A stretch of DNA of 64,000 nt from an uncultured Acidobacteriota bacterium (GCA_963822445.1 CAWGHO010000002.1:576001-640000), one strand, 5' to 3'. Positions 52,475 to 62,615 are shown, numbered from the stretch's first letter. Translations and numbers: made by a program. Notes: a model not told the origin generated them from the sequence alone.

Positions 52475-53526
52475 CTGCGGTTCCGATCCAGTCCTTGCGC
52501 TCGCGCGAGGCGCCGCTGGCCAGCGCCGACGAGCAGCTGCGCCGTCTCGAATCGGTCGCGATCGACGGGGAATTCGAAGCCGCCATCGCCGGCGCGGGCT
52601 TCGACGGCCTCCGCCCCGCCGCCCTGGAGATCTTCCAGATCAACCTCGGCAAGTTGTGCAACATGACCTGCCGCCACTGTCACGTCGACGCGGGACCGGA
52701 CCGGTTCGACGCGATGATGAGCCGCGACACCGTGGAGGCATGCCTCCGCGCGCTCGATCAGACCACCGCGCATACGGTGGACCTGACCGGCGGCGCACCG
52801 GAGCTTCATCCAGAGTTCAAGTACCTGGTCGATGCTGCCGTCACCCGCGGCAAGCACGTCATCGATCGCTGCAATCTGTCCGTGCTCCTGCTTCAGCGCA
52901 ATCGCGGACTTGCCGAGTGGCTGGGCGATCGCGGCGTGGAGATCGTCGCGTCACTCCCCCACTATCGCCGCCGCAACACCGACGCCCAGCGCGGCGACGG
53001 TGCATTCGAGAAATCGATCGAGGCCTTGCGACTGCTCAACGCGGCCGGATACGGGCAGGGCGATCCGCGTCGCGTGCTGACGCTGATGAGCAATCCCGCG
53101 GGAGCGTTTCTCGCGGCGAGCCAGCACTCGATGGAATCGGAGTGGAAAGCGTCGCTCGAGCGCGACTTCGGCGTTCACTTCGATCGCCTGTTCGCGCTGA
53201 ACAACATGCCCATCTCCCGCTTCCTGGAGTGGCTGGTCGAGACGGACAACCTCGATCAGTACATGGCCCGCCTGACGAAGAGCTTCAACGGCGCCACCGT
53301 CGCCGGCCTGATGTGCCGCAACACGATCTCCATCTCCTGGGACGGCCGCCTCTTCGATTGCGACTTCAACCAGATGCTCGACCTCGACGCGCTGCCGAAC
53401 GACCAGGCCATGCGCGTCGAGGATTTCGATTTCACTGCCTGGCAGAGCCGCCGCGTGGTGACGAGGCGGCATTGCTTCGGATGTACCGCGGGCGCCGGTA
53501 GCTCGTGCGGTGGCGCGACGGCCTAG
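52471..53526 (+). CDS. arsS: Radical SAM protein of the ArsS family
   Basis: QINLGKLCNMTCRHCHVDAGP, LTGGAPEL, MCRNTIS..DCDFNQML, HCFGCTAGAGSSCGG; GTGA overlap with the upstream gene. Confidence 0.88.
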   Translation: MTAVPIQSLRSREAPLASADEQLRRLESVAIDGEFEAAIAGAGFDGLRPAALEIFQINLGKLCNMTCRHCHVDAGPDRFDAMMSRDTVEACLRALDQTTAHTVDLTGGAPELHPEFKYLVDAAVTRGKHVIDRCNLSVLLLQRNRGLAEWLGDRGVEIVASLPHYRRRNTDAQRGDGAFEKSIEALRLLNAAGYGQGDPRRVLTLMSNPAGAFLAASQHSMESEWKASLERDFGVHFDRLFALNNMPISRFLEWLVETDNLDQYMARLTKSFNGATVAGLMCRNTISISWDGRLFDCDFNQMLDLDALPNDQAMRVEDFDFTAWQSRRVVTRRHCFGCTAGAGSSCGGATA

Positions 53527-53532
53527 CGTCCG

Positions 53533-55146
53533 TCAGTCCACCCTCTTCCCCGGCAGCTCCATCCCGTTCTGGTGCAGCACAAGTCCGCTTCCGTCGGCGG
53601 CGAACACGATCGTCGCCTCGACAACTTTGTAGAAGAACTCCCGCTCGCTCTTCGCGAAGACTTCGAACTTCGGTTGTGCGGTCGCCTGAACGAAGAGGCG
53701 GTCCCCTTCGCGCGTCACCGTCAGCACGAACTCGGGCGCGAGCTGGTAGCGACCCGTGTAGCGATCGAGCAGCTTCGGATCGATCGCGACTTCCGTTGGT
53801 TCCTTGCGCGGCGGCGGTGGATCGGCGATCCGAGCAGCGCGCATGTCCCGTCCGTTCTGGTGCAGAACCAGACTCGATCCATCCTCGGCGAACGTGATCT
53901 GCGCGTCGACGACCTTGTAGAAAAACTCGCGCGCCGACTCGGGGTAGATCTCGACCTTCCCCTGACCGGTCACCTGCGCAAACAACTGCTCGCCGGTGCG
54001 GGTGACGATGATGTTGACGCCCGGCGCCAGCTCGTACACGCCCGCGTACTTGTCGAGCAGCGCCGCATCGACCTTCACTTCCTTCGGCGCCGGCTTCATG
54101 AGCGGTGATGCGGGATCGAGCAGGTGCCGGCCAATGTCGTTGACACCCGCATTCGTGGACGTATTCGACAGCACGACCACGCCGGTGCGGTTTTTCGGAT
54201 CGAAGGCCATGTACGAGCGATATCCGCCGGTTCCGCCGTTGTGCCAGACGATGTCGCGACCACCGGCCGTGGCGATGTGCCAGCCGAGGGCGATCTCGAG
54301 ATCGGGATTGCCGGTCGGCCGCCGGGCCGCGAGCATCGCCGCGAACGCTTTCGCGAGCGGCGATTTCGTGTAGCCGAGCGCGGCGCTGGTGAACTTCAGC
54401 ATGTCGTTGACCGTCGAGCGCAACGCGCCAGCACCGGCAAGAGTCGGTACGTCCCAGTTCGCGACCGGCTTCAGATTCTCGTCATGTCCCGCGACCAGCC
54501 GCGCTTGCAGCTCCTTCGACAAGGTGATGGCGGTGCTCTTCATCCCGAGCGGCTCGAGAATCCGCTTTCGCACGAGCGTCTCGTAATCCGTGCCCGCGCG
54601 GCGCGCCAGGGCGTGGCCGAGGAGGCCGGCGCCGAGATTCGAGTACTCGTACTTCTCGCCGGGCTCGCGCGCGGGCTTCACGGTCGACAGGAACTCGTGA
54701 AGCTGCGCCACGGTGTAGTCCGCGTACGGATTTGCAGGGTCGCGCGGGAGCAGGTTTCCCGGCAGCCGCGGCAGTCCGGAAGTATGCGTGGCCAGATGAG
54801 CGAGCGTGATCGCCTTCGGCAGCTTCACGCTTTCGGGCAGGTACTTCGCCACCGGATCGGTCAGCGCGACCGCTCCCCGCTCGACCATGTCCGCGAGCAG
54901 CAAGGCGGTGAAGACTTTCGTGATCGAGCCGATCTCGAAGAGCGTGTCGCCGTCGACCGCCGGCGCGCCGTACGAAACGACGCGGCTGCCGCTCGGCTCG
55001 ACGACGCCCACGACGAGGCCCGTGCTCTGGCGCTGCGCATCGACGCGATCGACGAGGATCTTCCGGATCTCGGCGTTGCTCAGAACCTGCGCGAACGAAA
55101 CCCGCGAGCAAACAGCTAAGACAAGAATCAATCCGAGACGTTTCAT
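53533..55146 (-). CDS. Serine hydrolase (class C beta-lactamase-like) with two C-terminal DUF3471-like domains
   Basis: FEIGSITK (SxxK), YSN, HNGGTGG; duplicated LDKY.G.Y.LAP..TR.G..LF.Q.T.Q domains. Confidence 0.9.
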   Translation of the reverse strand: MKRLGLILVLAVCSRVSFAQVLSNAEIRKILVDRVDAQRQSTGLVVGVVEPSGSRVVSYGAPAVDGDTLFEIGSITKVFTALLLADMVERGAVALTDPVAKYLPESVKLPKAITLAHLATHTSGLPRLPGNLLPRDPANPYADYTVAQLHEFLSTVKPAREPGEKYEYSNLGAGLLGHALARRAGTDYETLVRKRILEPLGMKSTAITLSKELQARLVAGHDENLKPVANWDVPTLAGAGALRSTVNDMLKFTSAALGYTKSPLAKAFAAMLAARRPTGNPDLEIALGWHIATAGGRDIVWHNGGTGGYRSYMAFDPKNRTGVVVLSNTSTNAGVNDIGRHLLDPASPLMKPAPKEVKVDAALLDKYAGVYELAPGVNIIVTRTGEQLFAQVTGQGKVEIYPESAREFFYKVVDAQITFAEDGSSLVLHQNGRDMRAARIADPPPPRKEPTEVAIDPKLLDRYTGRYQLAPEFVLTVTREGDRLFVQATAQPKFEVFAKSEREFFYKVVEATIVFAADGSGLVLHQNGMELPGKRVD

Positions 55147-55709
55147 GACGGCTCCTTCTGCATCCGATCGAGCTCGTCGATCTGCTGCTGGTACTTACGC
55201 GCCATCCAGAGATTCAGCGGAATCGCGGCGACACCGAGAATCAGAAAAGCGATTGTCTCGTAGCGGATCATCCGCGCCACCTCAGGATGCGCCTGCGCGA
55301 ATCCGAGGAAGAAGAGCAGGCCGCTGGGGATGAACAGCAGGAGCCGCGACCAGAACGTGCGGCCGCGATGAAAGTCCCGCTGCCGCGCCAGCTCGGTTCG
55401 CAGGTAATCGACCGATTGCGTCTCGCCCATCGCGCTCGCCGGCGGCTTTTTCATCGCGTTCTGCTGGATCTGCCGGGCCATGTAGGCGAGCGCACCGATG
55501 GTCAGCACCGCGCCGAGGCGCTGGAGAAGATTGTTCGAGACGATTGCCCACAAACTGAGAAACGCGATCATCGAGGCGCAGACGACGTAGCCGCCGCGCG
55601 TCCTCATTTGAAGTTTCTTTTCCATCTGTTCCGTCCTTCGCCGGATCTCCTCCGGCCTCATCTGAAATCCTTCGGCGCGCTGGCTCTGCCAGAGGTCAAG
55701 CACGTCCAT
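55143..55709 (-). CDS. Four-TM membrane protein (candidate anti-sigma or accessory protein)
   Basis: DLWQSQ N-terminus and 4 TM helices; overlaps both the sigma gene and the hydrolase gene. Confidence 0.75.
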   Translation of the reverse strand: MDVLDLWQSQRAEGFQMRPEEIRRRTEQMEKKLQMRTRGGYVVCASMIAFLSLWAIVSNNLLQRLGAVLTIGALAYMARQIQQNAMKKPPASAMGETQSVDYLRTELARQRDFHRGRTFWSRLLLFIPSGLLFFLGFAQAHPEVARMIRYETIAFLILGVAAIPLNLWMARKYQQQIDELDRMQKEPS

Positions 55710-56220
55710 CGCGTCCTCCCTGTCTGAATCGGGTTGCGAGAATCTTCTTGATGCGATGAATCTTCGTGGCCGCGTTGCCGGGCGAGATTCCGGTGATCTC
55801 GCCGATTGCCGCCGCGTCCATTCCTTCGAGATAGAGCAGGATGACTTCGCGCTCGAGCGGCGCCAGTTGCTGGATCAGCCCATACAGCTGCTCGAGAGTC
55901 TTCTGCCGATCGACATCCGCCTCGGTATCGCTGCTTCCGGGCAGACTCTCGATCTCGTCGAGACTGACATGCGGCCGCATGCCCGCCCGCCGGTGCCTGA
56001 CCACATGCGAGGCCGCAACGTTGTGCGCGACGCGATAGACCCAGGTCCGCAGCGAGCAGCGCCCGTCAAATCCTTCGAAGCTTCGCCACAAAGCGAGGTG
56101 GATCTCCTGCAGAAGATCCTGCCGCTTCGCGGGGTCGGCTTCGTACGACCGGGCCAGCCGTTCGAGCGGTGCGCCGAGCTCGGCGGCGGCCCGGGCGTAG
56201 AGGTCGTCACGAGGCATCAC
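55696..56220 (-). CDS. ECF sigma-70 family factor
   Basis: Region 2 DLLQEI..LW..F.G..SLRTWVYRVAHN; region 4 LLYLEG..IGEITGIS. Confidence 0.93.
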   Translation of the reverse strand: MMPRDDLYARAAAELGAPLERLARSYEADPAKRQDLLQEIHLALWRSFEGFDGRCSLRTWVYRVAHNVAASHVVRHRRAGMRPHVSLDEIESLPGSSDTEADVDRQKTLEQLYGLIQQLAPLEREVILLYLEGMDAAAIGEITGISPGNAATKIHRIKKILATRFRQGGRDGRA

Positions 56221-56225
56221 GGAGA

Positions 56226-56253
56226 TAGTCGTTCAGCGGCGCGGTTTCTTACA
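56226..56253 (-). promoter_or_regulatory. Putative autoregulatory ECF promoter (near-leaderless transcript)
   Basis: Minus strand TGTAAG-N16-CGACTA, 5 nt upstream of the GTG start. Confidence 0.55.
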
Positions 56254-56275
56254 CAGCCTCATCCGTGCATTCGTC

Positions 56276-57499
56276 TTGCAGCACGCCGCCGCGGTGACCA
56301 TCACTTGCGCTGATTGCGGGGAGATGCAGACCGTGCCGGAGCTTCCTCCCGGAGGAACTGCGGAATGCCATCGCTGTGACCGCCTCCTCGGACGCCGCCG
56401 CTTCGCCAGCATCGATGTCAGCCTGGCCTGCGCGGTAGCGATGTTCCTCCTCATCCCGCCGGGCGCGTTCATGCCGCTGATGGACTCGACCATCAAGAAC
56501 CTCGTTTTCGAAGAGAGCAAGCTCGTGTCGAGCGTCGGCGTGATCTATCAGGAAGTCTGGTTCCCGTTCGCCTTCGGCTTCCTCTTCTTCGCGTTCCTCT
56601 TCCCGGCGTTCCGCGCGCTCTTTCAGATCCTCGTCCTCGGCTCGATCAAGTGGGGCTGGAGGATCTGGCAGCGCGGGCGGATCTTCCGCTGGAGCGAAGA
56701 GCTGCGGGCCTGGAGCATGACCGACGTCGTGGTCATCGCCGGCGTGATCGCGTACTACCGCGCGGCCGTTCCCGCCGACGTAGAGATCCGCGTCGGCGCG
56801 TGGTGCTATCTCGGGGTCGCGATCCTTGCGTACGTCGGCGACCGCGCCCTCGACCGGCGTGCGATCTGGAACGCGATCCTTCCTGACCTGCGCACGTATC
56901 CCGGTCGCCATGTCGCTTCGTGCGACGTCTGCGAGATCGCGGTGGCCGAGCGGCGCTCGGGCGATCCCTGCCCGCGCTGCGGCAGCAGGCTCGATCGCAA
57001 CATCCTGCCGCGCTTCGCACCGGCGCTCGGCGCCGTCGCCGCCGCAATCCCGCTGTGCCTTCCCGCGTACGCCGCGTCGGTCATGATCAACGACCAGCTC
57101 ACCGGCGTTCTCGAGCACACCGTCATCGGCACCGTGCAACTCCTCGCCGACCAGGGCTACTGGCAGTTCGGCGTGGTCGTGCTGGTCGCGGGCATCGCCA
57201 TTCCGACGGTCGTCCTTCTCTGTCTGATCTGGCTCCTGGCGCGGGTCCGCTTTCCGAACAAGAAAGGGCTGGTCATCCGCACGCGCGTGTATCGAACCAT
57301 CAAGCGGCTCGTGCGCTGGCCGATGGTCATCCCCTTCATCGCCGCCATCGCCGCGCCGATCATCGACTTCCGCGGCATCGACGACATCGTGGCGGGCCCG
57401 GGCGCCACTCCGCTGTTCATGCTCATCGCACTGCTGATCCTGGCCGTGCGGATGTTCGAGCCGAGGCTGATGTGGAAGACGGCAGGGGAAGCTCCATGA
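56276..57499 (+). CDS. pqiA: Paraquat-inducible protein A
   Basis: CxxC..CxxC twice, W(S)MTDV motif, multiple TM segments. Confidence 0.88.
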   Translation: MQHAAAVTITCADCGEMQTVPELPPGGTAECHRCDRLLGRRRFASIDVSLACAVAMFLLIPPGAFMPLMDSTIKNLVFEESKLVSSVGVIYQEVWFPFAFGFLFFAFLFPAFRALFQILVLGSIKWGWRIWQRGRIFRWSEELRAWSMTDVVVIAGVIAYYRAAVPADVEIRVGAWCYLGVAILAYVGDRALDRRAIWNAILPDLRTYPGRHVASCDVCEIAVAERRSGDPCPRCGSRLDRNILPRFAPALGAVAAAIPLCLPAYAASVMINDQLTGVLEHTVIGTVQLLADQGYWQFGVVVLVAGIAIPTVVLLCLIWLLARVRFPNKKGLVIRTRVYRTIKRLVRWPMVIPFIAAIAAPIIDFRGIDDIVAGPGATPLFMLIALLILAVRMFEPRLMWKTAGEAP

Positions 57500-59172
57500 G
57501 CGAATACGACGACATCGAAGATCGCAGGCACGAAGAGCATCCCGAGGCGAAGGTTCACGTCGCGAAGTGGAATCCGCTGGTCTGGGTCATCCCCGTGCTG
57601 GCGATTTTTTTCGTCGGCTATCTGATCGTCCGCTACGGCTTCTTCGGCGGCGGCGACGTCACCGTGAAGTTCGCCGAAGCCCGCGGCCTCGATCGATACA
57701 GCCCGGTGCGATTCCGCGGCGCGAAAGTCGGCACGGTCCAGAAGATCACCGTCGACGAAGAGCTCTCCGCGGTGATCGTGCGCATCTCCATGGATGCCAC
57801 GATGAATCACGCGCTGAAGAAAGGCACGCGATTCTGGATCGTGGAGCCGGGCATCGACGGCGGCGGCCTCGGTGGCCTGTTGTCCGGAACCTACGTCGGC
57901 ATCGCGCCTGGTGAAGGCGAAGAAACGCGCGAGTTCATGGGGCAGGAGTACCCGCCCGTCCTCGGCGCGCCGGAGGCTGGCAAGACGTTCATTCTCGAAG
58001 GGGAAGGCGCCGGCTCGATCGCCATCGGCTCGCCCGTGCAATTCAACGGCATCCGCGTCGGCCGCATCCTCGGCGCCGAATACGATCCGAAGCGCGGCGT
58101 GACTTCCGTTCACGCGTTCGTCGTGCAGCGCTTCGCTCATCACGTGCGGCAGAGCACGCGCTGGTGGCGCGGCGGCGGACTCGATATCTCGCTGACGGGC
58201 GGCGGCGTTTCGATGGGAGCGGGCGGACTTACGTCGCTGCTCAATTCGCCGATCTCGTTCTACACACCCGAGGTGCTGGCCGGGCCGGAGGTTGCCGAGC
58301 GAACTCGCTTCGACCTGCACGGATCGCAGGCAGCCGCGATCGCGGCCGCGGATGGGCCGCACGTCGTCTATCTCACCTACTTCCCCGGACCGATTCGCGG
58401 TCTGACGCCGGGCACGCCGGTGCAGATGAAAGGCGTACAGGTCGGCCGCGTACGCGAAGTGCGCCTGCGGTACATCCCGCAGCGCGCCGTGCTGGAAACG
58501 CCTGTGACGCTGGAGGTCGATCCGCGGAAGCTGGAGTTCCCCATCACCGCGAGCACCACCCGCGAAGACGTGCGGCGGATGATGGACGACGCGCTGGCGG
58601 CGCTCGTGCGCAAAGGAATGCGCGCGACGCTGGCGACGAGTCTTGTGCTTCCGGGCGCGAGCGCGGTGTCGCTCGAGACCGTGGCCGCGCCGAACACGGG
58701 CCGGCTCGTCGTCGAGAACAATCCGCCGATCATTCCGGCTGCCGCGGGCGACAACGGATTGAACAACGCCATGACCGCGATCACGGACGTCGCCAACACC
58801 ATCCGCAGCCTGCCCCTGCGCGAGATCGCCTCGAACATCCGCAGCACGACCTCCCGGCTCGACGCGCTGGTTGGTGACCCCGCGCTCAAGGAGAGTCTGC
58901 AGCGCCTGAATTCGTCGATGGCGGAGATCGAGAAAGTCGCCGCGACTGCCGGACGCAATGTCGGACCGCTGACCGAAAGCATGCGCAATGCGGCGGCAGC
59001 GGCCGAAGCGGCGGCGAAGAGAGCGGAGCAGTTGATGGGGACTTCGCAGAAACAGAACTACGACGTCGCCGAGTTGATCCGCGAGCTCACGCGCGCCGCG
59101 GAAGCCGTGCGCGCGCTGGCGTCGTATCTCACCGAGAATCCGGACTCGCTGATCAAGGGGAGGCGCGAATGA
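57496..59172 (+). CDS. pqiB: PqiB / MCE (MlaD) domain protein
   Basis: VWVIPV TM segment, three MCE-like units (GL..SPV.FRG.KVG.V and related), helical tail ending LTENPDSLIKGR. Confidence 0.9.
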   Translation: MSEYDDIEDRRHEEHPEAKVHVAKWNPLVWVIPVLAIFFVGYLIVRYGFFGGGDVTVKFAEARGLDRYSPVRFRGAKVGTVQKITVDEELSAVIVRISMDATMNHALKKGTRFWIVEPGIDGGGLGGLLSGTYVGIAPGEGEETREFMGQEYPPVLGAPEAGKTFILEGEGAGSIAIGSPVQFNGIRVGRILGAEYDPKRGVTSVHAFVVQRFAHHVRQSTRWWRGGGLDISLTGGGVSMGAGGLTSLLNSPISFYTPEVLAGPEVAERTRFDLHGSQAAAIAAADGPHVVYLTYFPGPIRGLTPGTPVQMKGVQVGRVREVRLRYIPQRAVLETPVTLEVDPRKLEFPITASTTREDVRRMMDDALAALVRKGMRATLATSLVLPGASAVSLETVAAPNTGRLVVENNPPIIPAAAGDNGLNNAMTAITDVANTIRSLPLREIASNIRSTTSRLDALVGDPALKESLQRLNSSMAEIEKVAATAGRNVGPLTESMRNAAAAAEAAAKRAEQLMGTSQKQNYDVAELIRELTRAAEAVRALASYLTENPDSLIKGRRE

Positions 59173-59726
59173 ACCGCCGCGCGTTGATACTCGTTCTGCT
59201 CATTGCCGGCTGCGGGTTTCTCAAGCGCCCGCCGAATCAGTTCTATTCGCTGGACACGGTTGCGCCGGCCGCGCCGCTGGCGACCATCGGCGGCGTTCCC
59301 GTCGGCATCGACGGCATCGAGCTCCCCCCCGGTTTCGATCGCCGCGGCATCGTCGTGCGCGGCGCCGATCACAAGTTCGAAGTGCGCGGAACGCATCAGT
59401 GGGCGTCGTCGCTCGAAGAGATGGTCATTCACACGCTGGCGTTCGATCTCGCCGCGAGATTGCCCGACGGGATGGTCGTGCTGCCCGGCCAGGCCAAGCC
59501 CGCGGCCATGCGCTCGCTGTACGTGACGTTCGAGGATCTCGCGCCCGGTCCTGACGGCGTCTTCGTGCTCGACGCGCGCTGGACGCTCACCGGGACGGGC
59601 GTGCCGGAGATGGTCGGCCACGAGCGCATCACCGTGAACACGGCGATGGAGAGCCCGGCCATCGCCGCGGCAATGAGTCAGGCGCTGGGGATGCTCGCGG
59701 ATCGGGTGGTGGCGAAGCTCCGTTAG
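59169..59726 (+). CDS. pqiC: PqiC lipoprotein
   Basis: IAGC lipobox; YSL, LPPGFDR..IV and QWA..LE motifs. Confidence 0.88.
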   Translation: MNRRALILVLLIAGCGFLKRPPNQFYSLDTVAPAAPLATIGGVPVGIDGIELPPGFDRRGIVVRGADHKFEVRGTHQWASSLEEMVIHTLAFDLAARLPDGMVVLPGQAKPAAMRSLYVTFEDLAPGPDGVFVLDARWTLTGTGVPEMVGHERITVNTAMESPAIAAAMSQALGMLADRVVAKLR

Positions 59727-59734
59727 ACTGCCCC

Positions 59735-60316
59735 ATGGGCAAACGCATTCCGGAAGTCGACGCGTACATCGCCAAGGCCGCACCGTTCGCGCAACCGATC
59801 CTCGAAAAAATCCGCGACGCGTTTCACGCGGCCAGCCCCGAGATCGAAGAAACGATGAAGTGGAGCGCCCCGTTCTTCGACTACAAAGGTGTCCTCGGCA
59901 ACATGGCCGCGTTCAAGAACCACGTGGCCTGGGGATTCTGGAAAGCGCAGCTCATGAAGGACGGCGGCTCGATCCGCGGATTGCGCGCGACCGGCGTCAA
60001 GGATCTGCCCTCGAAGAAGGACATGGTCGAACTGATCCGGGAAGCGATGCGGCTCAACGATGAAGGCGCGAAAGTCGAGCGCGCGCCGTCCACACGCTCG
60101 GCGAAACCGCTCGAGGTCCCGGACGATCTCGCCGCCGCGCTCAAGAAGGACAAGAAGGCCAGGACCACGTTCGACAACTTTTCTCCCAGCCAGAAGCGCG
60201 AGTACGTGGAGTGGCTCGACGACGCCAAGCAGGACGCGACGCGCCAGAAGCGTCTGGCCACGGCCATGGAGTGGATGGCCGAGGGGAAATCGCGTCACTG
60301 GAAGTACAAGAAATAA
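59735..60316 (+). CDS. YdeI/OmpD-associated family protein
   Basis: VDAYIAKA.PFAQPIL, EETMKWSAP, PSQKREY.EW..DAKQDATRQKR. Confidence 0.9.
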   Translation: MGKRIPEVDAYIAKAAPFAQPILEKIRDAFHAASPEIEETMKWSAPFFDYKGVLGNMAAFKNHVAWGFWKAQLMKDGGSIRGLRATGVKDLPSKKDMVELIREAMRLNDEGAKVERAPSTRSAKPLEVPDDLAAALKKDKKARTTFDNFSPSQKREYVEWLDDAKQDATRQKRLATAMEWMAEGKSRHWKYKK

Positions 60317-60349
60317 CCTTGGTTCGCCGTATGCACGAGCCGGGCTCTC

Positions 60350-61591
60350 GTGCGGCGCTTTTCACTCATCGGCGCGCTTCTGATCGCCGCCGCGGCAAAC
60401 GCGGACGTCCTGCGAATCCTCGACGACCCCACCGACGCCGCGCAGGCCCGCGTCGACGTCATCCAGCAGGCCCGCCGCGAGATCAACGCCCTCTACTTTC
60501 TCGCCCGCAATGACCGGGTGACCATGACCGCGCTGGCGCTGCTCCGCGACGCCCAGCGCAAGGGAGTCGTGAGCCGGCTGGTCGTCGACGCGCACTTTCA
60601 CCACATCCCCAAGTCGATGCTCGCGCACCTGCGCGACGAAGGCGTGGAGGTGAAGGTCTATCACCCGCTCACGCTCCGCCATCCGAGCTGGATCGTGCGG
60701 CGCATGCACGAGAAGCTGGTCGTGGTCGACGGCGAGCGGTACATCACCGGCGGGCGCAATCTGGCCGAGGCGTACTTCGGATTGGCGAAGAAGAACTACG
60801 CCGATCGCGATGTGTATGTCGAAGGGGAATCCGCCGTCACTGCCGATGCGCACTTCGAAGAGTTGTGGACGAGTAAGCACGTGGCGAAGCTTCGCGTACG
60901 CGTCTCCGCAAAAGAGCGCAAGCGCGCGGCAGCGATTCTCGACGGCGTGATGGAGGAGCTGCGCCGCGGCGAGTCGTTCGTTCAGATCGATACGGGCAAC
61001 GACTGGACGCGCGACGCGATCCGCGCCACGAACGTCCGCTTCCTCCACGATCCGGTCGGCGACGGCGTGCGCGTAGGCCCGCGCGTCGCGGAGATTCTGG
61101 AGAGCGCGACGAAGTCGATCGTCATCGAGTCGCCGTACCTCGTCCCCTCCCGCCCGATGCGCGCATTGCTCGAGCGCAAACGCGCGGAAGGTGTGCAGGT
61201 GCAGATCGTGACGAACTCACTGCGCTCGACGGACGGCTTGCTTCCGTACGCCGGCTACCTGAAATACGGGCGGCGGCTCGTTCGCGCCGGAGTGGACATC
61301 CGCGAGTACAAAGGCCCGGACATGCTGCACGCGAAGAGCGCCGTCATCGACGGACGCATCGTGCTGATCGGCTCGTACAACCTCGACCCGCGCTCGCATT
61401 ACCTCGACCTCGAGGCGATCTGCGTCGCCGAGGATGAAGAGCTCGCGCGGAAGCTGCTGACCGCGATTCAGGGACATGTGGAGAACGCCTGGAAAGTGGA
61501 TCTGCGTCACGCGCCGCGGGTGCCGAGGGCAACGTCGCTGAGCCTGGGGGCGATGAGGTTGATTCTGCCGTTGGTCGAGGGGCAACTGTGA
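60350..61591 (+). CDS. Secreted phospholipase D family protein (ClsC-like)
   Basis: Two HKD motifs: HEKLVVVD..GGRN and HAKSAVID..GSYN; signal peptide. Confidence 0.9.
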   Translation: MRRFSLIGALLIAAAANADVLRILDDPTDAAQARVDVIQQARREINALYFLARNDRVTMTALALLRDAQRKGVVSRLVVDAHFHHIPKSMLAHLRDEGVEVKVYHPLTLRHPSWIVRRMHEKLVVVDGERYITGGRNLAEAYFGLAKKNYADRDVYVEGESAVTADAHFEELWTSKHVAKLRVRVSAKERKRAAAILDGVMEELRRGESFVQIDTGNDWTRDAIRATNVRFLHDPVGDGVRVGPRVAEILESATKSIVIESPYLVPSRPMRALLERKRAEGVQVQIVTNSLRSTDGLLPYAGYLKYGRRLVRAGVDIREYKGPDMLHAKSAVIDGRIVLIGSYNLDPRSHYLDLEAICVAEDEELARKLLTAIQGHVENAWKVDLRHAPRVPRATSLSLGAMRLILPLVEGQL

Positions 61592-61630
61592 CGAGGTACT
61601 TCCTCGTACCTCGTCACTCGTAGCTCGTTG
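61588..61630. repeat. Hairpin plus CTCGT heptamer micro-array between convergent genes
   Basis: GTGACGAGGTAC-N6-GTACCTCGTCAC; units CTCGTAC CTCGTCA CTCGTAG CTCGTTG. Confidence 0.75.
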
Positions 61631-61631
61631 C

Positions 61632-62615
61632 TTAGCGAAGGTCGTTCACGTCGCGCACGAGAAACATCCTCGTCGCGCGCAGAGTGTTGTTGATGTTGTC
61701 GACCTGCACTTCGATCACGTCGCCGCGCTCGAGGCCGGAGACGGGCTGCAGGCGGCCGGCGACGTCGATGCTCATGTTGTTGTCATACGAGATCGTGACG
61801 CGGCTGCCGGTGTTGCCACTTCCGCTGTTGAAGCGCGAGATCCAGGACGCGGACTCGAGCTCGATGGTGCGGCGGCTCACGTCGTGATAGGCGACCGTTC
61901 CACGGACCGTCTGCATCGACGAGGACGATCCGGTGCCGCCGGTGCCGCTCACGCTGCGCACGACGGTGATGTCGTTCGCCGAGAAACGGTTGCTGCCGAG
62001 GTCGCGGACGCTGATGTCGATCTCATCGCCGCGCTCGAGGTCGGCCGGGCGATACGTCTGACCGTTGAAGTACACCGGCGTATTCGTGCCGTATTCGACG
62101 ATGACGTTCGCGCCGAAGCCGCGGTTCACTTCGATGGTGCGGCGCGAGGTGTCGACGTACGTCACCGTGCCGCGGAGCATCGAACCGGACGACGTGCCCG
62201 GGAAGCTACTTCCTGTTCCGCCCGACGCGTCATGGGTCACGACGACCGCGTCGGCGATGAGGGTGTTGTTCGTCGACTCCGAAACCCGCACCGTCACTTC
62301 ATCCCCCCGCTCGAGATCCTCGGGGCGATGGGTCTCGCCCTGATGGCTGACCGTGGTCTGGTTGTCGTAGTAGACGCGTACCGAACTGCCACTCCCGCCG
62401 CCGCTGTTCGAAAGCATGGAGGTCATGCCGCTGACGTTGGTCAGATAGACCGAGCGGCTGTTGGAATCGACACGGTCGACCGTGCCGCGAATCTCGTAAT
62501 TCGAGGCCTGACTGCCGCCCCCGAGGATGTCGCCGATTCCGCCGCCAGTGGAGCCGCAGGCGGCCAGGAACAATACCGCTAAGGCTGCTGCTGTCAATGA
62601 TTTAGGTTTGGTCAT
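61632..62615 (-). CDS. Lipoprotein with three OB-fold-like (DUF5666-like) repeats
   Basis: LAAC lipobox; three RGTV..(V/H)D..SR...LERGD(E/V) units. Confidence 0.85.
   Translation of the reverse strand: MTKPKSLTAAALAVLFLAACGSTGGGIGDILGGGSQASNYEIRGTVDRVDSNSRSVYLTNVSGMTSMLSNSGGGSGSSVRVYYDNQTTVSHQGETHRPEDLERGDEVTVRVSESTNNTLIADAVVVTHDASGGTGSSFPGTSSGSMLRGTVTYVDTSRRTIEVNRGFGANVIVEYGTNTPVYFNGQTYRPADLERGDEIDISVRDLGSNRFSANDITVVRSVSGTGGTGSSSSMQTVRGTVAYHDVSRRTIELESASWISRFNSGSGNTGSRVTISYDNNMSIDVAGRLQPVSGLERGDVIEVQVDNINNTLRATRMFLVRDVNDLR

Noticed and set aside
53490-53526. Selenocysteine recoding in arsS
   Set aside because: The candidate position is TGC (Cys) and the ORF ends at TAG with no in-frame TGA.
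56920-57495. Upstream extension of pqiB, and similar extensions at 5001, 5486, 16491, 52312 and 31960
   Set aside because: These are longest-ORF artefacts overlapping neighbouring genes or repeats. Coupled ATGA/GTGA starts, RBS position or N-terminal motifs define the shorter genes.
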